NCBI GenBank assembly: GCA_965646995.1
Contig: CBFGBH010000002.1
Span: forward strand, 5,977 to 69,976
Direction: 5' to 3'
Length of the DNA: 64,000 bases
Source: Candidatus Onthoplasma sp.
GTDB taxonomy: Bacteria > Bacillota > Clostridia > Christensenellales > UBA1242
A program made the position numbers and the translations under genes. Within the stretch, counting starts at the first letter, position 1. The number at the start of each line of letters is the position of its first letter. Positions 9,967-17,480 of the stretch are shown one piece after another. The notes under the pieces were generated by a model that searched no databases, was not told the origin of the DNA, and worked only from the letters and a program-made list of their open reading frames with translations.

Positions 9967-10290
9967 TTACACCTCGATATTATCTTTTACAGATATTAAA
10001 TATATTTTATCATCAAACGCACCACGCTTTTCGACTTTCGCTTTTCTAATCTTTTCGAAATCTTCATATGTACATTTTTTAGTTTTTAGTATAGCACGCA
10101 GTACTTCTTCTAAGTCTGCTAATTCTTCTATCTCACCAGACTCAAGATATTCGTTTAATTCTTCTTTTATTTTCTTGTTTAGCTCGTCTAGATATTCACT
10201 ATCATTTAAGATGCGAGTAGTAGGTGTTTGATTGTTTTTCTTGCAAATTTGTGGAATTTTATCTCGAACTAATTTATTGTATATTTTCAT
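9967..10290 (-). CDS. All-alpha NTP pyrophosphohydrolase (MazG / PRA-PH-like house-cleaning family)
   Basis: 'YNKLVRDKIP' N-terminus and acidic helices 'EELNEYLESGEIEELADLEEV'. AAAGGAG RBS. Ends 1 nt before the HIT gene. Confidence 0.7.
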   Translation of the reverse strand: MKIYNKLVRDKIPQICKKNNQTPTTRILNDSEYLDELNKKIKEELNEYLESGEIEELADLEEVLRAILKTKKCTYEDFEKIRKAKVEKRGAFDDKIYLISVKDNIEV

Positions 10291-10361
10291 ATTTTCTCCT
10301 TTTTATAGTAGTTTAAATGATGCTATCTCTTCATATGGTGTTATGTCATATCAATTTTATA

Positions 10362-10811
10362 TTATTTTATTTTGTCTCGTAATTTCATCCAAAGTTTACC
10401 GAGTTGGTTTTGTCCATCTCTATTCTTGCCAATTCCCCAAAAACTATCTTTCGGAGAATCTTCGCAAATCAAATAATTTTTTGTCTGCAATAGTTTTTGT
10501 TTTACATATGGATTTTGCTCTAATTTAATTCTCAACAATTTTTCCATATAGTCAACTTTTATATCATGCCAATTTTTCGGAAGCTTATCTTTATTCTTAA
10601 AAGCAATTTGTTGAGCTTCGTGAGCCGAGAGACATTTTTTGATTTTTTCAGCAATTTCTGGAGCAGTGTCGACAAATTTGCCCGCTTGGTAAGCATGTTC
10701 GACAGTAGGGTAGAAATCTCCGTCTAAAACAATACCGAACGAACTAAAGTTGTCAAAAACAAAAAATTCTCTAGGGTAGAAACCTATAAATTCTCCAAAC
10801 TTTTCACTCAT
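10362..10811 (-). CDS. NADAR (YbiA / DUF1768) family protein
   Basis: 'FDNFS', 'TVEHAYQAGKF' and 'SFWGIG' motif order is typical of NADAR/YbiA. Confidence 0.75.
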   Translation of the reverse strand: MSEKFGEFIGFYPREFFVFDNFSSFGIVLDGDFYPTVEHAYQAGKFVDTAPEIAEKIKKCLSAHEAQQIAFKNKDKLPKNWHDIKVDYMEKLLRIKLEQNPYVKQKLLQTKNYLICEDSPKDSFWGIGKNRDGQNQLGKLWMKLRDKIK

Positions 10812-10900
10812 CCAACAATCTTCTATATTGCTCTAATTTCATAATTTACACCAATCTAATATTCTTAAATCTTATTACTAAGACTAATATACTTTATATA

Positions 10901-10976
10901 TGGAGCTACTGGGCGGACTTGAACCGCCGACCTGCTGATTACGAATCAGCTGCTCTACCGACTGAGCCACAGTAGC
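10901..10976 (-). tRNA. tRNA-Thr (anticodon CGT), CCA encoded
   Basis: Cloverleaf folded by hand: acceptor GCTACTG/CAGTAGC, anticodon loop TTCGTAA, T-loop GGTTCAAGTCC. Confidence 0.9.
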
Positions 10977-10983
10977 ATATTAA
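10958..10983. repeat. 26-bp direct repeat, copy A (tRNA-Thr positions 1-19 plus 7 nt of 5' flank)
   Basis: CCGACTGAGCCACAGTAGCATATTAA is identical to 11080-11105. Confidence 0.9.
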
Positions 10984-11079
10984 GATTAGATTTTGTTTTA
11001 CTCAGTCCTCGCTAACGTTCACTCGTTGCTATTGCACCGCTACAATATACCAAAGGGCATATTGCTTAACGCTACTTCG

Positions 11080-11105
11080 CCGACTGAGCCACAGTAGCAT
11101 ATTAA
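11080..11105. repeat. 26-bp direct repeat, copy B (orphan tRNA-Thr 5' fragment)
   Basis: Identical to 10958-10983. Separated from copy A by 96 nt of relatively GC-rich sequence. Confidence 0.9.
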
Positions 11106-11112
11106 CTTTTAT

Positions 11113-11141
11113 ATTCTAACACATATTACATAAATTTTCAA
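11113..11141 (-). promoter_or_regulatory. Sigma-A-type promoter upstream of the orphan tRNA fragment / tRNA-Thr
   Basis: Minus strand reads TTGAAA, 17-nt spacer, TAGAAT, with TG upstream of the -10. Confidence 0.55.
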
Positions 11142-11235
11142 TTAATTTAATTAATAATTTTACAATATGCTCTTTTAATATACTAATTAATTATAAATAC
11201 TTGATTTTACATTAAGAATTTGATATCATTAATGT

Positions 11236-12579
11236 GTGTTAGGATTTAAAATTGCGGTTATCACAATACTTATAATTCTATATTTCATTATGTCTACTAT
11301 AATGATTATTTTTGAGCGTGATAAACCAAGAATTATGATAACATGGATGATTATTTTCTTCTTTACTTCAATTATTGGCTATATCATATATGCGTCTTCA
11401 AAAACTGTTTTTTATAAGAAAAAATCATCTCTTAATATTAAGAAGAAAGAAGATAATATTTATTTGTCATTAATAGCTAATGAATTATTTAATAATGAAT
11501 CCGAGAAAAACATAGATGAATTATTTGAATTTAACGCTTTAGCTTATAATGCCAAGCTTACTAATAATAATTATTATGAAATAATTAATTCATTTAAAAA
11601 ATTCAAAGCAAGTCTAATCAAAGATATTAAGTCTGCTAATAAATATATCATTTTAGAGTTGAATAAATTTAATACTGACGAGATGAAAGATATTAAAGAT
11701 ATTCTGATATCTAAAGTACAAGTAGGCGTAGTAGTGAAATTCTTATACGAGAAGTGCTATGATAAAAAATTCTTGAAAGAATTAAAAACGGCAGGCATTA
11801 GAGTATTACGATTTAGTAAGCATCACACCCTAGGTGGAGTATATGCGAATAAGAGAAATCTTATAGTAATAGATGGTAGAACTGCATATTCTGCAAACTT
11901 AAATGTCAAGAAAAATCATCTATCTGATAAATATGATGTCGAAGATATATATTTTAGATTTCGCGGCGATATAGTGCAAGATATGGATATATCCGCACAC
12001 AAAGATGTCATATTCGCTAGTCAAAAGTATATGGACTATGAAGCACCTAAGCAAGAATCATTTGCTTCTGAGAGCAGTATTCAGTTCGTATCTAACGAAG
12101 TAGATACAGATATTGAACTTTTATTAGTCAAAGCTATATGTTTAGCCAAACATTCTATTCAGTTGCAATTAAGTGAGTTTATACCTTCAGAGAGTATAAT
12201 GTCTCTTTTGCGCTATGCGGTTAATTCAAATATAGATGTTCGCTTAATGGTGCCACTCAAGACATATAAGCATGGCAAACACTATGCCACCAGAGCGTAT
12301 GCTAAAGAAGTAGCTCTTATGGGTGCTAATGTATATCTCTACGATGGATATATTCGTTTTAATGCTATTACTATTGATTCTAATTATATGCTAGCAGGTT
12401 CATATACACTTGATAGAGAGCATATTAATACGAGTTTGCAGAATGTCGTAATATTTAGAGATAGTAAAGTTATTAATTATTTCAACAAAAATTTTGAAGA
12501 ATGTGTCGCTAATAGTTATAGAATTTCAAACGCAAAATTGATGCTTTTAAGAGAAAAATTCTTTAAGAATTTCGTATAG
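11236..12579 (+). CDS. Cardiolipin synthase-like phospholipase D family protein with both HKD motifs apparently degenerate
   Basis: Two N-terminal TM helices and two PLD repeats. The motif positions read 'NKRNLIVIDG' and 'RFNAITIDS...GSYTLD', where 'HxKxxxxD' is expected. Confidence 0.7.
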   Translation: MLGFKIAVITILIILYFIMSTIMIIFERDKPRIMITWMIIFFFTSIIGYIIYASSKTVFYKKKSSLNIKKKEDNIYLSLIANELFNNESEKNIDELFEFNALAYNAKLTNNNYYEIINSFKKFKASLIKDIKSANKYIILELNKFNTDEMKDIKDILISKVQVGVVVKFLYEKCYDKKFLKELKTAGIRVLRFSKHHTLGGVYANKRNLIVIDGRTAYSANLNVKKNHLSDKYDVEDIYFRFRGDIVQDMDISAHKDVIFASQKYMDYEAPKQESFASESSIQFVSNEVDTDIELLLVKAICLAKHSIQLQLSEFIPSESIMSLLRYAVNSNIDVRLMVPLKTYKHGKHYATRAYAKEVALMGANVYLYDGYIRFNAITIDSNYMLAGSYTLDREHINTSLQNVVIFRDSKVINYFNKNFEECVANSYRISNAKLMLLREKFFKNFV

Positions 12580-12586
12580 GAGAATT

Positions 12587-13432
12587 ATGGAGACTATATT
12601 TGGTGTAGCCGGTGTTCCTACCAATTATAAAGGTAAATTAAAAGGTCTTTTTCCGTGGCTATCAGAGCGAAAATTAAATGCGTTAGAGATACAATGCACA
12701 TATGGTTTCAAGATAAGCGATGAGAATAAAAAGCTCTATATTGAGCAGAAGAATAATGGTTTTCATTTTTCGATACATGCTCCTTATTATATCAATCTTG
12801 GGAGTCTTAATACTCAGGTAGTTGGTAGAAGTAAAGCAAATATGAAAGATGGTATAGAGCTCGCTAAATCTATAGGTGTCAATCGTATTATCTTTCATCC
12901 GGGTGGTGGACATGAAAATACATTAGAGGGTAGACATGTAGCAGTTAAACAACTCATCTCTGCCATTAAGGAATTTACTAGCGAGATAGATATGGGAGAG
13001 GTTCGTCTGTATCCCGAAATAGGTGGCAAATCCGCCAGTCTAGGTAGTCTAGATGAAATTATTGAAATATGCCGTGAATGTGAATATTGCTATCCGTGTA
13101 TAGATATTGCTCATTTGCACGCTAGAGAAGTGGGTAGTATCACGAGTAAAGATATCCTAATGGCTAAATTACAAAAAATCAAAGATGCTATGCCAGAGAA
13201 ATTTGAATACATACATTTTCATGCCTATACTATCAACTATGGAGATAAGGGTGAGATTAAGCATCTTTCTCATGGCGAGAATATGCCAGATGGTAGACCG
13301 GGTATGCCTAATCTTGATGATTTTGTATCAGTATTGAAAGAAATGAATATTACACCATGGGTCATCAGCGAAGCTTTAGATAGCCAAGAACTCGGCGCTC
13401 AATATATGAGAGAATTATATTTCAAAAATTAA
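12587..13432 (+). CDS. Endonuclease IV-like TIM-barrel protein (AP endonuclease family 2 / xylose-isomerase-like fold)
   Basis: 'HAPYYINLGS', 'IIFHPGG', 'PEIGGKSASLG' and 'CIDIAHLHA' parallel the Nfo metal-site blocks. Confidence 0.6.
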   Translation: METIFGVAGVPTNYKGKLKGLFPWLSERKLNALEIQCTYGFKISDENKKLYIEQKNNGFHFSIHAPYYINLGSLNTQVVGRSKANMKDGIELAKSIGVNRIIFHPGGGHENTLEGRHVAVKQLISAIKEFTSEIDMGEVRLYPEIGGKSASLGSLDEIIEICRECEYCYPCIDIAHLHAREVGSITSKDILMAKLQKIKDAMPEKFEYIHFHAYTINYGDKGEIKHLSHGENMPDGRPGMPNLDDFVSVLKEMNITPWVISEALDSQELGAQYMRELYFKN

Positions 13433-13433
13433 T

Positions 13434-14264
13434 ATGCAGAAATTAGAATTTACATTAAATCAAGATAAAGAATTAATAAAAGCAGTTATAGACGAACTGC
13501 CTTTTCTTTCTCGCTTTGATGTTAAGAAAATTCTGGACAATAAAGATATTAAGGTAAATAATGTCAGAGTTAAAGAAAACTATAAATTATCAATTAATGA
13601 CAAAGTTACAGTTTTCTATCATGAAAAAGAAAGTACAGAATGGTATACTCTAGTTTATTCGGATGATAATATTGTAATTGTTAATAAGCGTGCGGGCATT
13701 GAAGTAATTAGTGATAAAGAGCGAGATTTAATATCAATATTAAAACAGACCTATTCGCAGATATTGCCCATTCATAGAATAGATAGAAATACCGAAGGAT
13801 TAGTACTTTTTGCGCTCAATAAGCAGAGTGAAAAAGAACTTTTAGAAGCTTTCAAGTCTAGAAAAGGCATTGATAAAAGGTACGCACTACTGGTTCATGG
13901 CAGAGTAGACATTGCGCGTGTTAAACGCACGATTTATTTAAAAAAGATAGCAAATGTATCGAAAGTTTGGATAAGTGAAGTAAAATCAACAGGATATGAA
14001 CCAATAATAACTGAATTTGATATAATAGAGTATAGAGGAGATTATACTCTTCTAGAAGCGAGATTGATTACAGGTAAGACTCATCAGATACGAGCACATA
14101 TAGCATATTATGGATATTCAATAGTTGGAGATAATAAATATGGCAAGGATAATGAGAAAAAACTTCATTTAACAGCGAATAATATGTCATTTTGTTTCAA
14201 AAAAGATAGCAAATTATACTATTTGAATAGTAAAAATTTTGAAATAATACCTACATGGCTTTAA
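13434..14264 (+). CDS. RluA family pseudouridine synthase
   Basis: 'HRIDRNTEGLVLFA' catalytic Asp motif and 'GKTHQIRAH'. Confidence 0.85.
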   Translation: MQKLEFTLNQDKELIKAVIDELPFLSRFDVKKILDNKDIKVNNVRVKENYKLSINDKVTVFYHEKESTEWYTLVYSDDNIVIVNKRAGIEVISDKERDLISILKQTYSQILPIHRIDRNTEGLVLFALNKQSEKELLEAFKSRKGIDKRYALLVHGRVDIARVKRTIYLKKIANVSKVWISEVKSTGYEPIITEFDIIEYRGDYTLLEARLITGKTHQIRAHIAYYGYSIVGDNKYGKDNEKKLHLTANNMSFCFKKDSKLYYLNSKNFEIIPTWL

Positions 14265-14291
14265 AAAATAAAAAAAATTAATAAAAATTCA

Positions 14292-14320
14292 TTGACAATT
14301 GATTCTATTTATAGTAAAAT
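14292..14320 (+). promoter_or_regulatory. Sigma-A-type promoter of the tRNA cluster
   Basis: TTGACA, 17-nt spacer, TAAAAT, ending 15 nt upstream of tRNA-Pro. Confidence 0.6.
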
Positions 14321-14335
14321 AACACTTGTAATCGT

Positions 14336-14411
14336 CGGGGTGTAGCGCAGTTGGTAGCGCACGTGATTTGGGATCATGGGGCCGGGGGTTCGAGTCCCTT
14401 CACCCCGACCA
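14336..14411 (+). tRNA. tRNA-Pro (anticodon TGG)
   Basis: Acceptor CGGGGTG/CACCCCG, anticodon loop TTTGGGA, CCA encoded. Confidence 0.9.
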
Positions 14412-14417
14412 TTATGG

Positions 14418-14494
14418 GGGCCTTTAGCTCAGTTGGTTAGAGCAACCGGCTCATAACCGGTCGGTCCGCGGTTCAAGTCCGTGAAGGCCCACCA
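14418..14494 (+). tRNA. tRNA with CAT anticodon (elongator Met or lysidine-modified Ile2; not an initiator)
   Basis: Acceptor GGGCCTT/AAGGCCC with positions 1-72 paired. Anticodon loop CTCATAA. The Ile-like body GGGCCTTTAGCTCAGTTGGTTAGAGCA suggests Ile2. Confidence 0.85.
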
Positions 14495-14522
14495 TGCCTA
14501 TTAAGGCGATTAATTTTAATTT

Positions 14523-14599
14523 GGCCCGATAGCTCAGTTGGTTAGAGCGCCAGCCTGTCACGCTGGAGGTCGAGGGTTCGAGCCCCTTTCGGGTCGCCA
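14523..14599 (+). tRNA. tRNA-Asp (anticodon GTC)
   Basis: Anticodon loop CTGTCAC, cloverleaf folded by hand, CCA encoded. Confidence 0.9.
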
Positions 14600-14605
14600 A
14601 ATTAT

Positions 14606-14681
14606 GCCTCGATAGCTCAGTCGGTAGAGCAAAGGACTGAAAATCCTTGTGTCACTGGTTCGATTCCGGTTCGAGGCACCA
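14606..14681 (+). tRNA. tRNA-Phe (anticodon GAA)
   Basis: Acceptor GCCTCGA/TCGAGGC, anticodon loop CTGAAAA, CCA encoded. Confidence 0.9.
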
Positions 14682-14698
14682 GCGGTGACGCGAGAGGA
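14673..14698. repeat. 26-bp direct repeat, copy A (last 9 nt of tRNA-Phe plus 17-nt trailer)
   Basis: GAGGCACCAGCGGTGACGCGAGAGGA is identical to 14734-14759. Confidence 0.9.
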
Positions 14699-14733
14699 AC
14701 CAGAATATTTCCTAAATATCTGCTTCCGATTAA

Positions 14734-14759
14734 GAGGCACCAGCGGTGACGCGAGAGGA
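14734..14759. repeat. 26-bp direct repeat, copy B (supplies the RBS of the DUF1653 gene)
   Basis: Identical to copy A. Weaker similarity extends upstream (TTCCGATTAAGAGGCACCA versus tRNA TTCCGGTTCGAGGCACCA). Confidence 0.9.
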
Positions 14760-14765
14760 GTAATA

Positions 14766-15050
14766 ATGGAAGATATTAGACGGGGCGTTTACAGACATTT
14801 TAAAGGCGGGACAATCTCTGTTATTGGTGTAGCACATCGTAGCGATGGTAAGAATAGTGATGTTATCTATATTGGCAATCAAGATGGCAAGTTATATTCT
14901 CGTCCATTTATGGAATTTGTAGACTATGTTGAAGTTGATGGTAAGCAAGTTCATAGATTCGAGTTGGTAGAAGCAAAAAATATTAATTTGCAAGATGTAA
15001 TTGACCAGGCTTTTAGCAAAAAGACACCGAAATCTACTCATCAATTATAA
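14766..15050 (+). CDS. DUF1653 domain protein
   Basis: 'GVYRHFKGG...VIGVA...LYSRPFMEF' pattern. GAGAGGAG RBS 6 nt upstream of the ATG. The longer track ORF (14649) runs through tRNA-Phe and is rejected. Confidence 0.75.
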   Translation: MEDIRRGVYRHFKGGTISVIGVAHRSDGKNSDVIYIGNQDGKLYSRPFMEFVDYVEVDGKQVHRFELVEAKNINLQDVIDQAFSKKTPKSTHQL

Positions 15051-15076
15051 TATATTACCTTAAAAAAGGTAATCAT

Positions 15077-15151
15077 GCTAGTGTGGCTCAACGGTAGAGC
15101 AGCTGACTTGTAATCAGCAGGTTGGGGGTTCGATTCCCTTCACTAGCTCCA
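15077..15151 (+). tRNA. tRNA-Thr (anticodon TGT)
   Basis: Acceptor GCTAGTG/CACTAGC, anticodon loop CTTGTAA, CCA encoded. Confidence 0.9.
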
Positions 15152-15265
15152 TGTCGCAATCTATGTTTAGTTTGTTTATACATAGATTGCTCATTTTATG
15201 AAAGGACTCCAAATTATTTATGGTTTCCATTCGTACAACCTTTCCGCTTAATCGGAAAGTTTTAT

Positions 15266-15350
15266 GGAAGGATTGCAGAGCGGCCAAATGCAACGGACTG
15301 TAAATCCGTCGACTTCGTCTTCCGTGGTTCGAATCCACGTCCTTCCACCA
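15266..15350 (+). tRNA. tRNA-Tyr (anticodon GTA), long variable arm
   Basis: Acceptor GGAAGGA/TCCTTCC, anticodon loop CTGTAAA, 14-nt variable arm, CCA encoded. Confidence 0.9.
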
Positions 15351-15363
15351 GTGTCGTTAAAAA

Positions 15364-15387
15364 ACGAACCATTGCGGTTCATTTTTT
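15364..15387 (+). terminator. Rho-independent terminator of the tRNA cluster
   Basis: GAACC/GGTTC stem followed by ATTTTTT. Confidence 0.7.
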
Positions 15388-15621
15388 ATATCATAGATCT
15401 ACCATATTCTCAATGTGATTTTACTTATCATATACTTGAAAAGAGCATTAATTTTTAGTATAATATTTTAATGAAAATACATTCAAGTTAAAACCTTTTA
15501 TTTGAAGAGCTTTTTATTTTTTTGGACAAAATATTTTATAAAACTTTCATTTTAGACTTTTTATTTTTTCACATTTTTTCTTAAATTGAATAAATTTTTC
15601 ATTTGATTTTATTAATAAAAA

Positions 15622-16164
15622 ATGCTAATATATATTAAATACTTTATGCAAAATAGAATAAAAAAACTTTCAATAGTGTCAGGAGTATTTTGCTTTTTAT
15701 TAGCAATATTGTTTTTATCATACGCTATATATTTTGGTTTCGATGGTGTACGATTTTTTATAAATCAAGATTTCATTAATTCTGTCGGCAATATTTTAGT
15801 GCTATTTTTCGGTTTGCTATTTATTCCTATGTTTGGGATTATCTTGATTTGTATTTCTATTGTATCTATTTCTTTTTGTATCTCATATTTATCGTCTGGC
15901 ATTAAGCAAATTAGATTGGGTGTCCAAGACCTATTATTAAATACCAAGAATAGATGGATAAAGGGTGTATTTGTATTAGATATATTATTAATTATTTTGT
16001 TTGGATATAGATTTATTATAGGATTAGGTCGACTTATTGTGCATGGTATAAATACAGACTTAATTACATTTATCGTTTTTGGAGCTATTCCGTTTGTTTT
16101 AATAGTACTAAACATAATATTTAATAGATTGTTAGCTAAAGAGATTAAGTTAAAGTCGCACTAG
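15622..16164 (+). CDS. Hypothetical polytopic membrane protein
   Basis: About five hydrophobic segments. No clear RBS, so the start is uncertain. Confidence 0.45.
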   Translation: MLIYIKYFMQNRIKKLSIVSGVFCFLLAILFLSYAIYFGFDGVRFFINQDFINSVGNILVLFFGLLFIPMFGIILICISIVSISFCISYLSSGIKQIRLGVQDLLLNTKNRWIKGVFVLDILLIILFGYRFIIGLGRLIVHGINTDLITFIVFGAIPFVLIVLNIIFNRLLAKEIKLKSH

Positions 16165-16179
16165 ATTTCGACAAATTAT
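16165..16179. promoter_or_regulatory. Spo0A-box-like motif (ATTTCGACAAATTAT)
   Basis: Contains TTCGACA (reverse complement TGTCGAA). The 15-mer is identical to 8146-8160. Confidence 0.4.
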
Positions 16180-16268
16180 AAAGAATATCTACAAATATTT
16201 TACAGATTAATTAATAATATATATAATTATTCTAAGAATTGATACTTAAACTAAAGAAGAGGGAATAC

Positions 16269-17414
16269 ATGATTATTACCATAGTTTGTGATGTACTAGG
16301 AGAAGAAAATAATGGTACTACCATTGCTGCCATGAATTTAATAAATTATTTAAAGAAACAGGGACATACTGTTAGAATTCTTTGTGCTGACCAAAATAGG
16401 ATAGGAGATGAAAATGTATATGTTACTCCTAATATGAGTTTTGGAAAACTTTTAGACGCATATGTCAAAAAGGTTGGTGTGACTCTTGCTAAAGCAGACC
16501 ATGATATTATTAATTCCGCACTTGAAGGAGTAGACCACATTCATGCAATGTTGCCATTTGGACTTGGTATATCTGCTGCGAATTATGCTAAAGAACATAA
16601 TATTTCTATGACTGCAGGATTTCATATGCAGGCGGAAAATCTGACTTCATATTTAAAACTAAATAAAATCAAAGCAGTGAATAAAATAGTATACAAATTC
16701 ATTTATAAACATTTTTATTCTAAAATAGACGCTATACACTATCCTACATTATTTATAAAAGACACTTTTGAGAAAAATATAAAACAAAAAACGAAAGGAT
16801 ATGTTATTTCTAACGGCGTACATGCGTATGTACAAAAGCGTAACATAGAGAAACCCGATGAACTAAAAGATAAAATATTAGTACTTACAACTGGTAGATA
16901 TGCTAGAGAAAAATCACAGGATACGCTAATTAAGGCTATAAGATATTCAAAATATAAAGATAGAATTCAGTTAATATTAGGTGGACAAGGCGTCAAAGAA
17001 AAGTATTATAGAAAGTTATCAAAGAAATTGCCTATTCAACCTTTGTTTAAATTATATTCACGAACTGAGATTATAGATGTACTGAATTATTGTGACTTGT
17101 ATGTTCATCCTGCAGAAATCGAACTTGAGGGCATATCTTGCTTAGAAGCTATAGCATGTGGTAAACTCACTATCGTGTCTGACTCTATATTAAGTGCGAC
17201 AAAAAACTTTGCAGTTGACGATAGATGTATTTTTAAGAATAGGAATCCTAAAGATTTGGCACGAGTAATTGATTATTGGTTAGATAATGATGACGAAAAG
17301 AAACTATGTGAAGAAAAGTATCTAACTAATGCAATTATTTATAATCAAGATGAATGTATGAAGCGTATGGAAGAGATGATAATGGAAGTGCACAACTTAA
17401 AAAATAATAATTAG
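16269..17414 (+). CDS. Glycosyltransferase family 4 (GT-B fold)
   Basis: 'GTTIAAMNL', and 'EGISCLEAIACG' in the C-terminal nucleotide-sugar-binding region. The ATG at 16269 has a GAGGG RBS. Confidence 0.8.
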   Translation: MIITIVCDVLGEENNGTTIAAMNLINYLKKQGHTVRILCADQNRIGDENVYVTPNMSFGKLLDAYVKKVGVTLAKADHDIINSALEGVDHIHAMLPFGLGISAANYAKEHNISMTAGFHMQAENLTSYLKLNKIKAVNKIVYKFIYKHFYSKIDAIHYPTLFIKDTFEKNIKQKTKGYVISNGVHAYVQKRNIEKPDELKDKILVLTTGRYAREKSQDTLIKAIRYSKYKDRIQLILGGQGVKEKYYRKLSKKLPIQPLFKLYSRTEIIDVLNYCDLYVHPAEIELEGISCLEAIACGKLTIVSDSILSATKNFAVDDRCIFKNRNPKDLARVIDYWLDNDDEKKLCEEKYLTNAIIYNQDECMKRMEEMIMEVHNLKNNN

Positions 17415-17480
17415 AGAATGATTTTTTACTTATATGAAAATTTTGTTTGAAAAAACAAAATTTTTTGATATTATACTGAT

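Noticed and set aside
9967-10290. The MazG-like pyrophosphohydrolase could be a MazZ partner of the PurZ-like gene.
   Set aside because: It lies 20 kb away in a different cluster with its own operon partners. There is no evidence of linkage.
14558-15418. Track ORFs 14558-14740(-), 14649-15050(+) N-terminal extension, 15114-15338(-), 15122-15418(+) and 15264-15458(+).
   Set aside because: They overlap tRNA genes and their spacers. Only the 14766-15050 portion (DUF1653, with its own RBS) is credible.
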